A stretch of 64,000 bases of DNA, from assembly GCF_044704955.1 (NCBI RefSeq), contig NC_091984.1, positions 44,454,001-44,518,000 of the forward strand. The letters run 5' to 3'. Under the pieces are notes generated by a model. The model saw only the letters and a list, made by a program, of their open reading frames with translations, made no database searches and had not been told where the DNA came from. The translations under genes and the position numbers were made by a program. How positions within the stretch are numbered: position 1 is the first letter of the stretch; each line of letters begins with the position of its first letter. This document shows, piece after piece, positions 1 through 11,394 of the stretch. The DNA comes from Pristiophorus japonicus. Taxonomy: Eukaryota.

Positions 1-431
1 CAGTTGGGTGAGTCACATTGTCTGCATGCCCGACACAAGACTCCCAAAGTAAGCGCTCTACTCAGAACTCCTACACGGCAAGCGAGCCCCAGGTGGGCAG
101 AGGAAACATTTCAAGGACATCCTCAAAAACCTCTGATAAAGTGCAACATCCCCACCGACACCTGGGAGTCCCTGGCCAAAGACGGCCCTAAGTGGGGGAA
201 GAGCATCTGGAAGGGCGCTGAGCACCTTGAGTCTCGTCACCGAGAGCATGCAGAAAACAAGCGCAGGCAGTGGAAGGAGCGTGCAGCAAACCAGACTCCC
301 CACCCACCCTTTCCTTTAACGATTGTCTGTCCCACATGTGACAGGGACAGTAATTCTCCTATTCACCTGAGAACTCACTTTTAGAGTGGAAGCAAGTCAT
401 CCTCAATTTTGAGGGACTGCCTATGATGATG
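1..431 (+). mobile_element. 3' end of an RTE-clade LINE
   Basis: ORF ends WESLAKD...CPTCDRD...HLRTHF; tail gagggactgcctatgatgatg, i.e. (TGA)n. Confidence 0.8.
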
Positions 432-826
432 TCAGCTGTGGCTCAGTGGGTAGCAATCTTGCCTCTGAGTCAGAAGGTTGTGAAATCAAGTTCCACTCCA
501 CAAAAAATCTAAGTTGACACTCCAGTGTAGTGCTGAGGGAGAACTGCACTGTCAAGAGGTACCATCTTTCGGATGAGACGTAGGTGGATGTAAACATCCC
601 ATAGCACATGTCCTGGCCGATATTTATCCCTCAATCAACTAACAAAAAACATTATCTGGTCATTATCACATTGCTGTTTGTGGGAGCTTGCTTGTGTGCA
701 AATTGGCTGCTATGCTTCCCACATTACAACAGGGACTACACTCCAAAAGTACTTCATTAGCTGTAAACGCTTTGAGACGTCCGGTGGTCGTGAAAAGTGT
801 GATATGAATCCAAGTCTTTCTTTTCT
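432..826 (+). mobile_element. tRNA-headed DeuSINE (SacSINE1-like)
   Basis: A box tggctcagtggg, Deu-like core tttcggatgagacg...tgtcctggcc, L2-like tail. Confidence 0.75.
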
Positions 827-875
827 ATATTTTAAAAACTGGCTATCAACACTCCAGATATCACAAACTATCTAA

Positions 876-1943
876 AGAACTTGCATTTATATAGTGCCTT
901 TCATGATGTCCCAAAGCTTTTTACAGCCAAAGAAGTGCTTTTGAAGTGTAGTCATTGTTGCATTGAAAGAGAAATGGAGCAGCCAATTTGCAAACAGCAC
1001 GGTCTTACAAACAGCAATGAGATAAAAGTTTTTTTAATGATGTTGGTCAAGGGATAAATATTGGCCAGGACACCAGGGAGAATACCCCCGCTCTTTGAAA
1101 AGTGTCATGGGATCATTTACATTCACTTAGCAATTCCGAGAGGGGCTCAATTTGATGTCATATTTGACCCTGAAATGAACTTTCGGCCACATATCCACAG
1201 CATAATTAAAACTGCCTATTTCCACCTCTTATAACATTGCCCGTCTCCACTCCTGCCTAAGCTCATCTGCAGCTGAAGCCCTCATCCACACCTTTGTTAT
1301 CTCTAGACTCGACTACTCCAACGCACTCTGGCTGGCCTCCCACATTCTACCCTACATAAACTTGTCATCCTAACTCACACCAAGTCCCGCTCACACAGCT
1401 TCCGGCTAAGCAACACCTCGATTTCAAAATTCTTATCCTTGTTTACAAATCCCTCCATAGCCTCATCCCTCCCCATCTATGTAATCTCCTCCAGCGCCAC
1501 CCCACCTCCCCGAGATAGCTGCGCTCAAGTTCTGCCCTCTTGAACATCCCTCATTATAACTGCTCAACCATCGGTGGTTGTGCCTTCAGCCGCCTAGGCC
1601 CTAAGCTCTGGAACTCCCTCCCTAAACCTCTCCACCTCTGTACATCTATTTCCCTCCTTTAAGACCTTCCTTAAAGCCTACATCTTTAATAAGCTTTTGG
1701 TCATCTGCCGTAATTTATGTGGCTCGGTGTCAAAAATTATTTGTTTTGTCTTATAATACTCCTGTGAAGCACCTTAATACATTTTACTATGTTAAAGGTG
1801 CTATATAAATACAAGTTGTTGTTGTCTCATCCAAAACATGGCACCTGATCAGTGCAGTACTGAGTGTACTCTGGATTGGGGCTCAAACCCATGACCTTAT
1901 GACTCGGAAGCAAGAGTGCTACCTCTGAGTCAAGGCTGATGCT
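876..1943 (-). mobile_element. DeuSINE (-) split by an L2 3' fragment (about 1158-1824, +)
   Basis: SINE 3' part 876-1157, SINE head 1825-1943; L2 insert ends gctatataaatacaagttgttgttg. Confidence 0.7.
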
Positions 1944-3039
1944 AATGCAAAGTATTATATGATACTACTTAATACTGGAACCAGAACATGTGCTTTTTAA
2001 CTGCCTGTCCCACAAAACCCAGAGCTAGATGCTGGGGCTGGGCCTTGTTAGCATAGTGCCAGGGGCGGAGAGTGGAAAACGAGCGCTCGGGGCATCTCGC
2101 CGACTCCAGGCCACTGAACTATTGGGCGACTCAACCAGACTCCAGGCTGGAAGGTAGGTAGGTTTGGGCCAAGAGTTTGGTGTCTGTTTTTGGAAGGGGG
2201 CACCGGGTTCTGTAGCAGCCCAGTATACTTTTGTGGATGACGCAACATTTGATTGGGCTTGTTAAAAACTAGCAAATCAATGTATTTTACTTCAAAGTGT
2301 TGTGACCGATTGACTACTTGTTGCTGAGGCTCTACGTGAAGTTAAACAAGAATATCATACAAAATGTAGGGCAACCTTAAATAATTACTGTCCCAATTTC
2401 ATAATATTGCTGGTTCCTACACTTACTTGCCATCCTGCTCAGTCAGATCCATTCCTTGTATGTTGTGTAGATATGACCCAACACCTTGAATGTCACAAAG
2501 TGCGTGCGGGGGCCTGTGTGGGATACTTACTACACATGAAATGTTTTTTTAAATACATCCCCTTCCCCTAATACTCCAGTTTCAAAGGCTAATACCACCC
2601 AGACTACTATAACAGGGCAAAAGGAGTATTAAAAACATCAAAAGTACAAGTTTTGCCCCAGCCTGTGTAGAGGTGTACCTGGCCTTTGCAATTATGGCAG
2701 TAAGGCCAAGATCAAGAATCCCTTACAGGAGGAAAAGTGCCAAGTGAGGATTTATGCCTTATCTAACCACAACTGATGTTGCAGCTATTAAACTTTGATA
2801 ATCCATTGTTTATTTTATTTTGAAGGCATAAAAACATTGTACTTTGTGAATTGCAGTTCTCAATTGCTTACACTAGATGTCTTTGTTCACATATGAAATC
2901 ACATTTAGGACAGGGCATCAACTCAATGTAGAAGCAATTATTTCCCCAAAGAATGTAAAAATAGATCTTTCCTCAGAAGGCTGAATGACAACTGTTGCAA
3001 CGCCAGCACTAGTAAAGCATATTGCAGCCCTCACCATTA

Positions 3040-3620
3040 GGAACATAGGGACAGTAGCAGGCCATTCAGCCCCTCTAGCCTGATCGACCAATTAGATCAT
3101 CGCTGATCTGCATCTTAACTCCATATCCCTTGTTTAACTTTGTGAAGAAAATGGTTTAGCAGATTGTCAAAGTAAACCATTTTCCTCACCTGAGGTCAAG
3201 GGATATGGGACTGTTAGCTATGAGGAAAGATTGAACAGGCTGGGGTTGTTGCCCTTACAACAGAGGAGGCGGAGGGAAGATTTAATTGAGGTGTATAAAA
3301 TTGAGGGGCCTAGATAGAGTGGGAAGGAGAAGGGTCAATAACCAGGGGCATATATTTAAAGTAGTTGGTAGAAGTATTAGAGGGGAGATGAGGAAACATT
3401 TCTTCACCCAGAGGATGGTCAGAGTCTGGAACTCACTGCCTGAAAGGCAGAAGCCCTCATCACATTTAAATGGTACTTGGATGTGCACTTAAAGAACCGT
3501 AACTCTTTTCGACCGGCACAGACACAATGGGCCAAATGGCCTCCTCTGTAGCATAATTTTCTATGATTCAACAGGTAAATGGAGTTAAGATGCAGATCAG
3601 CCATGATCTAATTGAATATA
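3040..3620. mobile_element. Short CR1 3' fragments
   Basis: HFFTQRMVRVWNSLP-type ORF2 end and atgggccaaatggcctcc tail. Confidence 0.7.
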
Positions 3621-3989
3621 TATATATTTTAAGAAGCTTGGTTTGACTATGGTAGCAGAGAGAATCCATTTGTAGATGAAGAGAGGACCCAGCTATCATT
3701 GCAGAACAGCATTAGACTGTTTCAACTCTAAACCATCAATCTAAACAAATAAAGATAAATAAAATGAGACAAGATTATTCAACTGTGTTCAATAAATGTA
3801 TTTATAATGACAAGTACAACTAAAACAATTGCTGGCTTCAAACTCAATTACAGACACAATAAACCTTTAACAAAAGCAATGTCTGAATCATTATGCAGTA
3901 GACCACAAAGATTCACGTATCACAAGCACAGCCAGAAGTCAGCAAATAACTGAGTTCCCAACAACTGATTTGAATCTTGGTACTGGACT

Positions 3990-4022
3990 TCACTTCAACT
4001 TACTGAAGATATGTTCAGCCAC
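3990..4022 (-). CDS. UQCRH: UQCRH coding exon 4 (VAEHIFSKLK*)
   Basis: Polypyrimidine tract + ttcag acceptor, TGA at 3992-3990; matches the VAHKLFxxLK-type C-terminus. Confidence 0.95.
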   Translation of the reverse strand: MAEHIFSKLK

Positions 4023-4779
4023 CTGAAAGAACAAAAAAAAGTGTTTTAATCTTTGTGTGACAGTAGAGTGGATGGGCAGACTCCGACTGCACAGAGAGCA
4101 GACTGGGAACAGTGTGTATGAATATCCTGTAAGTGAATCGGGAGAAAATTTATAATGCCAGTCCATCCAATACAGAACCTTTTACCAAGATGCATTTATT
4201 GCTTTTCAAGTGATAGAGGGGTGTACATTTGTGTACTTCATTTATTTTGCTCTTAAAACAAAAACTGCAACAGAAAAAAATTGCAGGGTTGTGGGGAACG
4301 GGCAGGGGAGTGGGACTAATTGGATAGCTGGTTCAAAGGGGCAGCTCAGGCACAATGGGTCAATGGCTTCCTGTGCTGTATCATTTTATGTATCTAGAAC
4401 TATTTTTTTTAAATTCAATCGGAATTCTTTAGAATTTATACTGACCACGATACTTCCCAATGTTTAATTCTGATTACAAAAATAGCATTTTCATTACTAA
4501 TTAATTCTCCTTCAGTTCCATTTTAAAAAAGGATCAAGCTTCCTTGATAAATTCTGGAAGATACCCGAGAAAGATTTCTGTATGAGGAGACTAGTCAGAA
4601 ACCTGCATATTTTATTACTAATTGGTACTGTGAGTAGGAACACCAGAAGTGTGTGCCACCAGGGCACTTTTCCAAAATCAAAGACAGGAGGGTGAACAAG
4701 GCCAGTAAGGAAATTTGGAACTCTTCCCCAAAATGAGAAGATAGGTATTTACTATACAATCAAAGAACAATGTACTTAC

Positions 4780-4941
4780 GCAGTGGTCCCGGGCAAGCAA
4801 GAAGTCAAACAGCTCCTCAGTACAGGTCTCTTGTGTTTGTGATCGAGAGTTCACTCGCTCGGTACAGGTGTCCAGTCGTGATCGAAGTTCCACACACTTC
4901 CCATTCTGCGCACATTCCTCCCTGATAGTCGTTAAGGGATC
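4780..4941 (-). CDS. UQCRH: UQCRH coding exon 3 ([10 protein letters not shown]...[12 protein letters not shown])
   Basis: 162 nt, cag acceptor, gtaagt donor; UCR_hinge motifs with conserved cysteines (inside ORF 4678..4977). Confidence 0.97.
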
Positions 4942-6039
4942 CTGCACAAGTACAACAGAATGTTTTAAACAAATCAAATAAATAGCACCCTCACCTAGGT
5001 AATGTGTTTAAATACAAAACTTTAAAGCGTTTGGCCACTATTTAAACTTTTGCTTTCAAGCAAAAGTGGATTTTTAGGGCAATAACATTAGATTTAATTC
5101 TCATTTTTATTTGTTCTGGGTTTGCGACTGTTAACATTGTGTTTCTAGATTCTCATAAATGTATGACTCCAAGGAGTTGATCGGGAAGGGATTCAAACCT
5201 GCTAGCCCCACATCGTGAGTTTTTAAATCCCAGCCTTGTCTCTGTGGGAAAAATTAAGTGAATTAAATGGGATGGGACAGTAGCTTGCACCAATTATGGA
5301 TTCCCTTTCTTCACCCCCTCAGCCTTTGTCTGAAAGCTTAAAGTTTCCTTACGTCTGGCTCAATGCAAAAGCCACAACAGAATGTATGATCATGTTCATG
5401 ATCACCTTAACAGATGAGATTTTCAACTTTAACCAAATATTTCAAACGACAGAGGGAGGCAAATGAACAGGAAATCAGGATCACTTGGCTCGTGAGTGTT
5501 TGACGAATCACCAGCAAAAGCAGAGGCCCAAGACTTATCAATGACCGTTTCTTGTATGCAATAAGTGACAAGATCTTTGAAGGTTGATAGGAAGAGGGTG
5601 GTGAGAAGAGAATAATGTTTAATATAAAACCTGTGTGTTAAACCATAGACTCAGAGTGCAATGTCAGGTCAAATCTACATTCTCCTCTTGCCCATAGGCA
5701 ATTAATATTAATTGAAAATATTTAATCTTTAGTATATCCTGTTGCAGCTTGGTTTAGACTTAGATTAATACCACAACCATCCGCTGCTACATTTCTATTT
5801 TTTTTTTGCAGGTCAAGAAGCAGAAAAAAAAAATGAGGCAAGGAGTAAAAATAAATGAAGTAAAATAGAAATAAATTGCAACAGACAAATTTGAACTCCA
5901 TTTTTTTTTTTAAAAAACAGTCTCACTTCATATCCACAGCATACCAAATAATTTCAACTGTATTACACAATGAACACAAGAGTTGGTAACGAGATGAGAG
6001 ATTACTATTTTAACTTGCCTCCTTAACCATTAATGACAC

Positions 6040-8690
6040 AATGAAACCGAGTCCACACGAGAGGGAGCAGTCTTGGATTTAGTTTTGGGGAATGAAGCTG
6101 GGCAGGTTGAAGAGGTATTAGTGGGAGAGAACTTGTGTGCCAGCGACCATAATTCAGTCAGATTCAAGTTGGTTATGGACAAGGACAAGGTTAAGCCTGG
6201 AATAAAAATCCCGAATTGGGAAAAAGCTAATTTTGCTAAGTTAAGGAGTGATTTGGCCATAGTGGACTTGAAACAGCTACTTGTGGGTAAATCAGTGTCG
6301 GAACAGTGGGAAGCATTCAAGGAGGATATCTTAAAGAAAAAGGTTGGGAATAATAATTCAAGCCCATACAGGGGAGGATAAAGAAAAAACATGAAGCTTT
6401 TGTCATATACCAATGGCTAAATACTATAGAATCTTTAGGAGGAATATAGAAAGTTAAGAGGCAACATTAATAAGGATATTAGGAATGCTAAGAGAGAGCA
6501 AGAGAAATTCTTGGCCAGTAAAATTAAGGAAAACCCTAAGATGTTCTATAAATATATTAAGAGTAAGAAGGTAACTAAAGAAAGGGTAGGGCCTATTAGA
6601 GACCATGAGGGTAATCTTTGTGTGGAGGCAGAAGATGTTGGTAAGGTTCTTAACGAATACTTTGCATCTGTTTTCACAAAGGAAAGGGGCAATGCAGATA
6701 CTGCTATCGAGGAGGAATGTAATATTCTGGATGAAATAAATATAGTGAGAGAGGAAATAGTAAGGGGTTTAGCAGCTTTGAAAGTAGATAAGTCCCCAGG
6801 TCCAGATGAAATGCATCCCAGGCTGTTGAAGTAAACGAGGAAATAGCAGAGGCCTTGACCATCATTTTCCAGTCCTCTTTGGATCTGGGCATGGTGCCAG
6901 AGGATTGGAGGATTGCTAATGTGGTACCCTTATTTAAGAAGGGAGAAAGGGATAGGCCGAGTAATTACAGGCCTGTCAGCCTAACCTCAATGGTGGGAAA
7001 ATTATTGGAAAAAATCCTGAAAGACAGGATAAATCTACATTTGGAAAGGCAAGGATTAATTAGGAACAGTCAGCACGGATTTGTTAAGGGAAGATCGTGT
7101 TTGACTAACCTGATTGAACTTTTTGAGGAGGTAATCAAGAGGGTCGATGAGAGTAGTGTGTACAATGTAATATATATGGACTTTAGCAAAGCTTTTGATA
7201 AGGTCCCACATGGTAGACTGGTCATGAAGGTTAAAGCCCATAGGATCCAGGGCAAAATGGCAAGTTGGATCCAAAATTGGCTTGAAGGTAGGAAGCAAAG
7301 GATAATGATTGATGGATGTTTGTGACTGGAAGATGTTTCCAGTGGGGTTCCACAGGGCTCAGTACTGGGTCCCTTGCTTTTTGTGGTATATATCAACGAT
7401 TTAGATTTGAATATAGGGAGTATAATAAAGAAGTTTGCAGACGACACTAAAATTGGCTGTGTGGTTAATAATGAAGAGGAAAGTCATGGACTGCAGGAGG
7501 ATATCAATTTACTGGTCAGGTGGGCAGAGCAGTGGCAAATGAAATTTAATTCAGAAAAGTGTGAGGTGATGCACTTTGGGAGGGCTAATAAGGGAAGGGT
7601 ATACACATTAAGTGGTAGGCCACTTAATAGTGTAGATGAACAAAGGAACCTTGGAGTGCTTGTACACAGATCCCTGAAAGTAGCAAGCCAAGTGGATAAG
7701 GTGGTTAAGAAGGCATACGGAATGCTTGCCTTTATTGGCCGAGGCATAGAATACAAAAGTAGGGAGGTTATACTTAAATTGTGTAATACTCTGGTTAGGC
7801 CACAGCTGGAGTACTACGTGCAGGTCTGGTCGGCGTATTATAGGAAGGACATGATTGCACTAGAGAGGGTGCAGAGGAGATTTATTAGGATGCTGCCTGG
7901 AATGGAGAATCTTAGTTATGAGGACAGATTGGATAGGCTGGATTTGTGCTCATTGGAACAGAGGAGGATGAGAGGAGACCTCATTGAGGTGTACAAATTT
8001 TGAGTGGCCTGAACATAGTGGACAGTAAGGGCCTATTTCCATTGGTGGAGGGCAATATTACAAGGGGGCATAGTTTTAAGGTGGTTGGTGGAAGGTTTAG
8101 AGGGGATTTGGGGGGGTGGAGGGGGGCTTCTTTACGCAGAGGGTTGTGGGGATCTGGAACTCGCTGCCTGGAAGAGTGGTGGATGCAGAAACCCTCACCA
8201 CTTTTAAAGAGATGGTTGGATGGGCACTTAAACTGCAGTAACCTGCAGGGTTACAGACCTAGAGCTGGTAATTGGGATTAGACTGGATGACCTTTTGTTG
8301 GACGGCGCAGATATAATGGTAAGTACTGCAGGGAATCAAATACGGCTAGGGTGATCTCCTGGACTCGTTTCGATCGCCTGGATGGGTCAGAGAGATTTTC
8401 CCAGATTTTTTCTCTCTAAATTGTCCTGGGTTTTTAATCTGGTTTTTGCCTCTCCCAAGAATCGCATGGCTTTGGTTGAGGTAGAGTGTAGAATGTTTCA
8501 GTATAAGGGGCGTTGCAGTTGTGAGGGGCGGATTAGTTGGGCTGGGTGCTCTTTGCCTTTCCGTCATTGTTCATAGGTTTATATGTAACCTTCAGGGCTG
8601 CTGACCAAGGGTCGTGCGGCTTTGTCGGCCGGCGCGGACACGATGGGCCGAAATGGCCTCCTTCTGCGCTGTAAATTTCTATGTTTCTAT
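6040..8690 (+). mobile_element. 5'-truncated CR1 LINE with extended 3' UTR (UQCRH intron 2)
   Basis: Frameshifted ORF2 pieces (KSPGPD, NYRPVSLTS, DFSKAFD, KFADDTK); tail ttctatgtttcta. Confidence 0.92.
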
Positions 8691-9275
8691 CATCAATATC
8701 TTGGGGCCACTACTGACCAGAAGTGAACTGGGCCAGCCATACCAGCACCGCAGCCACAAGGGAGTGGGCAGAGGCCAGTATACTCAGCAACAAGTGGCTC
8801 ACCTCATGACTCTGCAAAGTTTATCCACCAAGATTCAGGTCAGGAGTGCGATGGACTACACTCGTCTGGATGGGTGCAACAGCAGCAACACCATCCAGGA
8901 GAGAGCTGTTCACTTGATTGGTACATATCACCAGGCTCAATATCCAGCCCTTCCATCATGGATGTACTGTGGCTTTGGTATATATGATCTACAGGATGCA
9001 GTGCAGCAACTCACAAAGATTACCTCGACAGCACCTTCTTCTCATGAGTTCTACCACATAGAAGGACAAGAACAGCAATGTTATGGGATCATAACTTCAA
9101 AGTCACGTACCAAACCAAATATCGCTGTTCCTTCATTGTCGCCGAGTCAATATCCTGGAATTTCTCATCTAAAGCTATTTTGGGCACATCATCACTACAA
9201 GGGATTCAGGCGGTTCAGAACAACTAGAGTTGAGCAATAAATATGACCCTGCCCACATCCCGAGAACAGTTAATA
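8691..9275 (+). mobile_element. Decayed 3' part of a second CR1-group LINE family
   Basis: Same family as 16835-17920 (QSLSTIYKAQVRSVMEY-type RT C-terminus). Confidence 0.65.
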
Positions 9276-9328
9276 ATCAAATGAGAATTTCTGATAGCTA
9301 GGATTTACGCAGATCATTGTGCACTTAC

Positions 9329-9361
9329 CACCAAATCTTCCTCCTCCTCCTCCTCCTCCTC
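9329..9361 (-). CDS. UQCRH: UQCRH coding exon 2 (EEEEEEEEDLV)
   Basis: 33 nt, tctccttag acceptor, gtaagt donor, phase 0/0; acidic tract typical of the hinge protein. Confidence 0.93.
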
Positions 9362-9431
9362 CTAAGGAGAAACAACGTGATTAGTAAGAATAAACAGGAA
9401 ATGAGATAAATCACAAATTGATCCGTTACAA

Positions 9432-10640
9432 CTATTTGCATTTATATAGTACCTTTCAGAGGCTCACTAGAAAAAATGAACACCAAACAGAGATATTAGG
9501 AGGGGTGACCAAAAGCTTGGTGAAAGAGGTGAGTTTTTAAGGAGGGTCATAAAGGAGGGAGGATGAGGGGTTTAGCGAGGTATAGGTAGTTGAAAGCAAG
9601 GCCACCAATGGTGGGGCAATTGGGGGAGGGCAGAAAGAGATGAAGAAGACGCCAAAGTTGGAGCAATGGAGAGTTCGGGGAAGGGGGGATATAGCAGTGG
9701 AGAAAGTTACAAAGATAGAGAAGGTTAAGACCACGGAGGGATTTAAACACAAGGATGAGAATTTCAAATGACATGTTGGAGACAAGTCTGTTATTGCTAG
9801 GTGAATTTAAATTTTCAAGACTGAGATCGATAAATTTTTGTTAGGTATGGGTATCAAAGAATATGGAGTAAAGGCAGGTAAATGGAGTTGAGGTACAGAT
9901 CCATCATGATCTAATAGAATGGTGGGACAGACTCGAGGGACTAAATGACCTCCTCCTGTTCATATGAGCCAATGTAAGTCAGCATTGACAAGTGGGACAC
10001 TGCAGGACAGAATACAATCTGAAGCTCGGGGAGTGAAAGCTGGGACGCGGGATAGCAGAGCACTGAACTAGTCACGTCCGATGGTGACAAAGGCATGGGT
10101 GAGGATTTCAGCAGCAGATGGATTGAGGGAGAAGTAGAAGCGAGCAATATTATGGAAGTGGAAGACTTTGTGATGATGATACTCAAGCTTAGGGTTTAAT
10201 AGGACACAGAGGTGCCAACAAACATGGTCACACTCAGACAGTTGGATGGGACAGGAGATGCAATCTATGGTGAGTTTTGGAGATTGTGACGGGCCGAAGA
10301 GGACAGCTTCAGTCTTCCCCAGCGTTTAGTTGGAGGAAATTGTGGCTTATCCAAGACAGGATGTTGGACAATATCTGAAAGCACAGACAGCAGAGAGGTT
10401 AAGAGAGGCAGTGGAGGGGTAGAACTACAAGTCATCCGCATACACGTGTATGCTGACCCCTCAGCTGATGGTATCAGCCAAGGGCGGCACAGATGGGAAA
10501 GAGGTGGCTAAGGATGGATCTATTCGGGGCTACCAAGGTAATGGTGCAGGGGTAGGGAGAGAAACGATTGATAAAGGATCTGGCTATGATCGAGAGTGAA
10601 ATCAAGCAAGAGCAGTACCATTAAACTGGATAACAGAGGC
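9432..10640 (-). mobile_element. Decayed L2 LINE with a short CR1 tail inserted (about 9810-9965)
   Basis: FEILILVFKSLRGL motif; L2 tail ttgcatttatatag at ~9437. Confidence 0.7.
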
Positions 10641-10654
10641 ACTGTTGGCGAATA

Positions 10655-11348
10655 TAAGAATCAGGAGCAGGAGTAGGCCATTCTGCCCCTCGAGCCTGCT
10701 CTGCCATTCAATAAGATCATGGCTGATCTTCTCCCTCAACTCCACTTTCCTGCAATATCTCCATAATCCCTTGATTCCTTTAATATACAAAAATCTATTG
10801 ATCTCGGTCTTGAATATACTCAATGACTGAACATCCAGGGGTAATTCCAAAGATTCAACATCCTCCAAGTGAAGAAATTTCTCCTCATCTCAGTCTGAAA
10901 TGGCCGACCCCTTATTCTAAGACTGTGACCCCTGGTTCTGGACTCTCTAGCCAGGGGAAACATCCTCCCTGCATCTACCCTGTCAAGCCCTGTAGGAATT
11001 TTGTATGTTTCAATGAGATCACCTCTCATTCTTTTAAACTCTAAAGGGTATAGTCCTAGTCTACTCAATCTCTCCTCATAGGAAATTCCCCCCATCCCAG
11101 GAATCAGTCTGCTGAACCTTCATTGTACACCCTCTATGGCTAATATATTCTTCCTTAGGTAAAGAGACCAAAACTGTACACAATACTCCAGTTGCGGTCT
11201 AACCAGGTCCCTATATAATTGCAGCAAGACATCTTTACTCTTATACTCAAATCCTCTTGTAATAAAGGCCAACATACCATTTACTTTTATAATTGCTTGC
11301 TGTATCTACATGTTAACTTTCAGTGATTCGGGTACAAGGACACCCAGG
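10655..11348 (-). mobile_element. CR1 3' fragment
   Basis: SYEERLSRLGLYPLEFKRMRGDLIETYK. Confidence 0.88.
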
Positions 11349-11394
11349 AGGATGACCATGACGACCCTGGCCACTGTCTCAGGCTGAAACAAAC

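Noticed and set aside
432-510. tRNA-like A/B boxes (also 28065 and 25500-25578)
   Set aside because: Degenerate SINE heads without a complete cloverleaf, not tRNA genes
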